From Azolla caroliniana (taxonomy: Eukaryota > Plantae > Polypodiophyta), in contig JBHGNT010000001.1 of assembly GCA_043228905.1 (NCBI GenBank), positions 22,072,001-22,136,000 of the forward strand: a DNA stretch of 64,000 bases, read 5' to 3'. The notes under the pieces were generated by a model. That model searched no databases and was not told the DNA's origin. It was given only the letters and a program-made list of their open reading frames with translations. The position numbers and the translations under genes are program-made. Shown here in pieces: positions 63,298-64,000 of this stretch. Within the stretch, counting starts at the first letter, position 1; every line of letters starts with the position of its first letter.

Positions 63298-64000
63298 TGT
63301 TGAGTGACAAGTTCAACGTTGGGTGCGTAACATGGTGCGTAACCTAGTGTGTAGACTGGGTGCGTAAAACATTACGCATAATGTAAGTCGTAACGGTGCA
63401 AACACCGCGAGGCCGTTAGAAAGATATTCCTCGAAAGAAATAATATTGGGAGTGAGTGTAGCGGCTCATTTATGAGCGTCAAGTATTGTCAGTACTTGTG
63501 TCAGCCCGATTGTCAAGGCTTGTATAAAAGGTGCTCACTAAGCACGGTGTATGTACATAAAGAGTCCTTATTTTGAATCTGAGCTTTCTGTTGTCTGCTC
63601 TCTCTCTCTCTCTGTCTCTCCATCTCCATCTCTACGTTTTCTGTGTTTTACCGAACTGTCTTATTCCTCCGAACTGTGTACTCTGTGTTTACGCACATGC
63701 TTCTGCACAACATATTCTTTTACATGGTATCAGAGTGCGAGGGTTGAAGTCCTCTACAGCTGACAAGAAAAGCTTGTGACAAAATAGAGTTGAAGTTGTT
63801 CTTCGTTTTTGTTCGGAAAAGAAAAAGACAGCAATATGGACAGAGGTATGGGAAGCTCGCTACTGACTGAAAAGCTCGACAGGAGCAACTATGCATCTTG
63901 GTCGTACAAGATGCACCAGTACCTGCTCGGTCACGGCTACTCGAGTTATGTCGAAGGAGCTAATGATGTAGCACCCGTTTCGACACACAACGATTTTCCG
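63298..64000 (+). mobile_element. Start of a copia element: LTR 63298-63724, PBS 63725-63736, gag from ATG 63836
   Basis: TGTTGAG...TTTACA|TGGTATCAGAG, MDRGMGSSLLTEKLDRSNYASWSYKMHQYLL; runs off the window. Confidence 0.9.

Overview
This is AT-rich eukaryotic plant DNA, probably from a non-seed plant such as a fern or lycophyte (inferred from the Tcn1-like chromoviruses and abundant AG microsatellites). It is not prokaryotic and contains no CRISPR array. About 80% of the window is nested, degenerate LTR retrotransposons: several Ty1/copia families primed by tRNA-iMet, Ty3/gypsy chromoviruses, a gypsy-type element with a tRNA-Trp PBS, and solo LTRs. There are also four copies of a LINE (zf-RVT) fragment. 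One apparently intact six-exon host gene lies on the minus strand (14899-20320) and encodes a 358-aa secreted nucleoside-phosphorylase-family / bark-storage-protein-like protein. Its first exon and upstream region were tandemly duplicated (3474-bp period), and further partial copies record filled, deleted and empty states of one insertion. The most interesting signals are: (1) a complete, TSD-flanked chromovirus with no tRNA PBS and a Tf1-style self-priming geometry; (2) tRNA-like A/B-box modules facing outward in the U3 of several unrelated gypsy-type LTRs; (3) a C>A/G>T-skewed substitution pattern in the young duplication; (4) repeated templated-filler junctions. All coordinates and alignments were read by eye, without tools.
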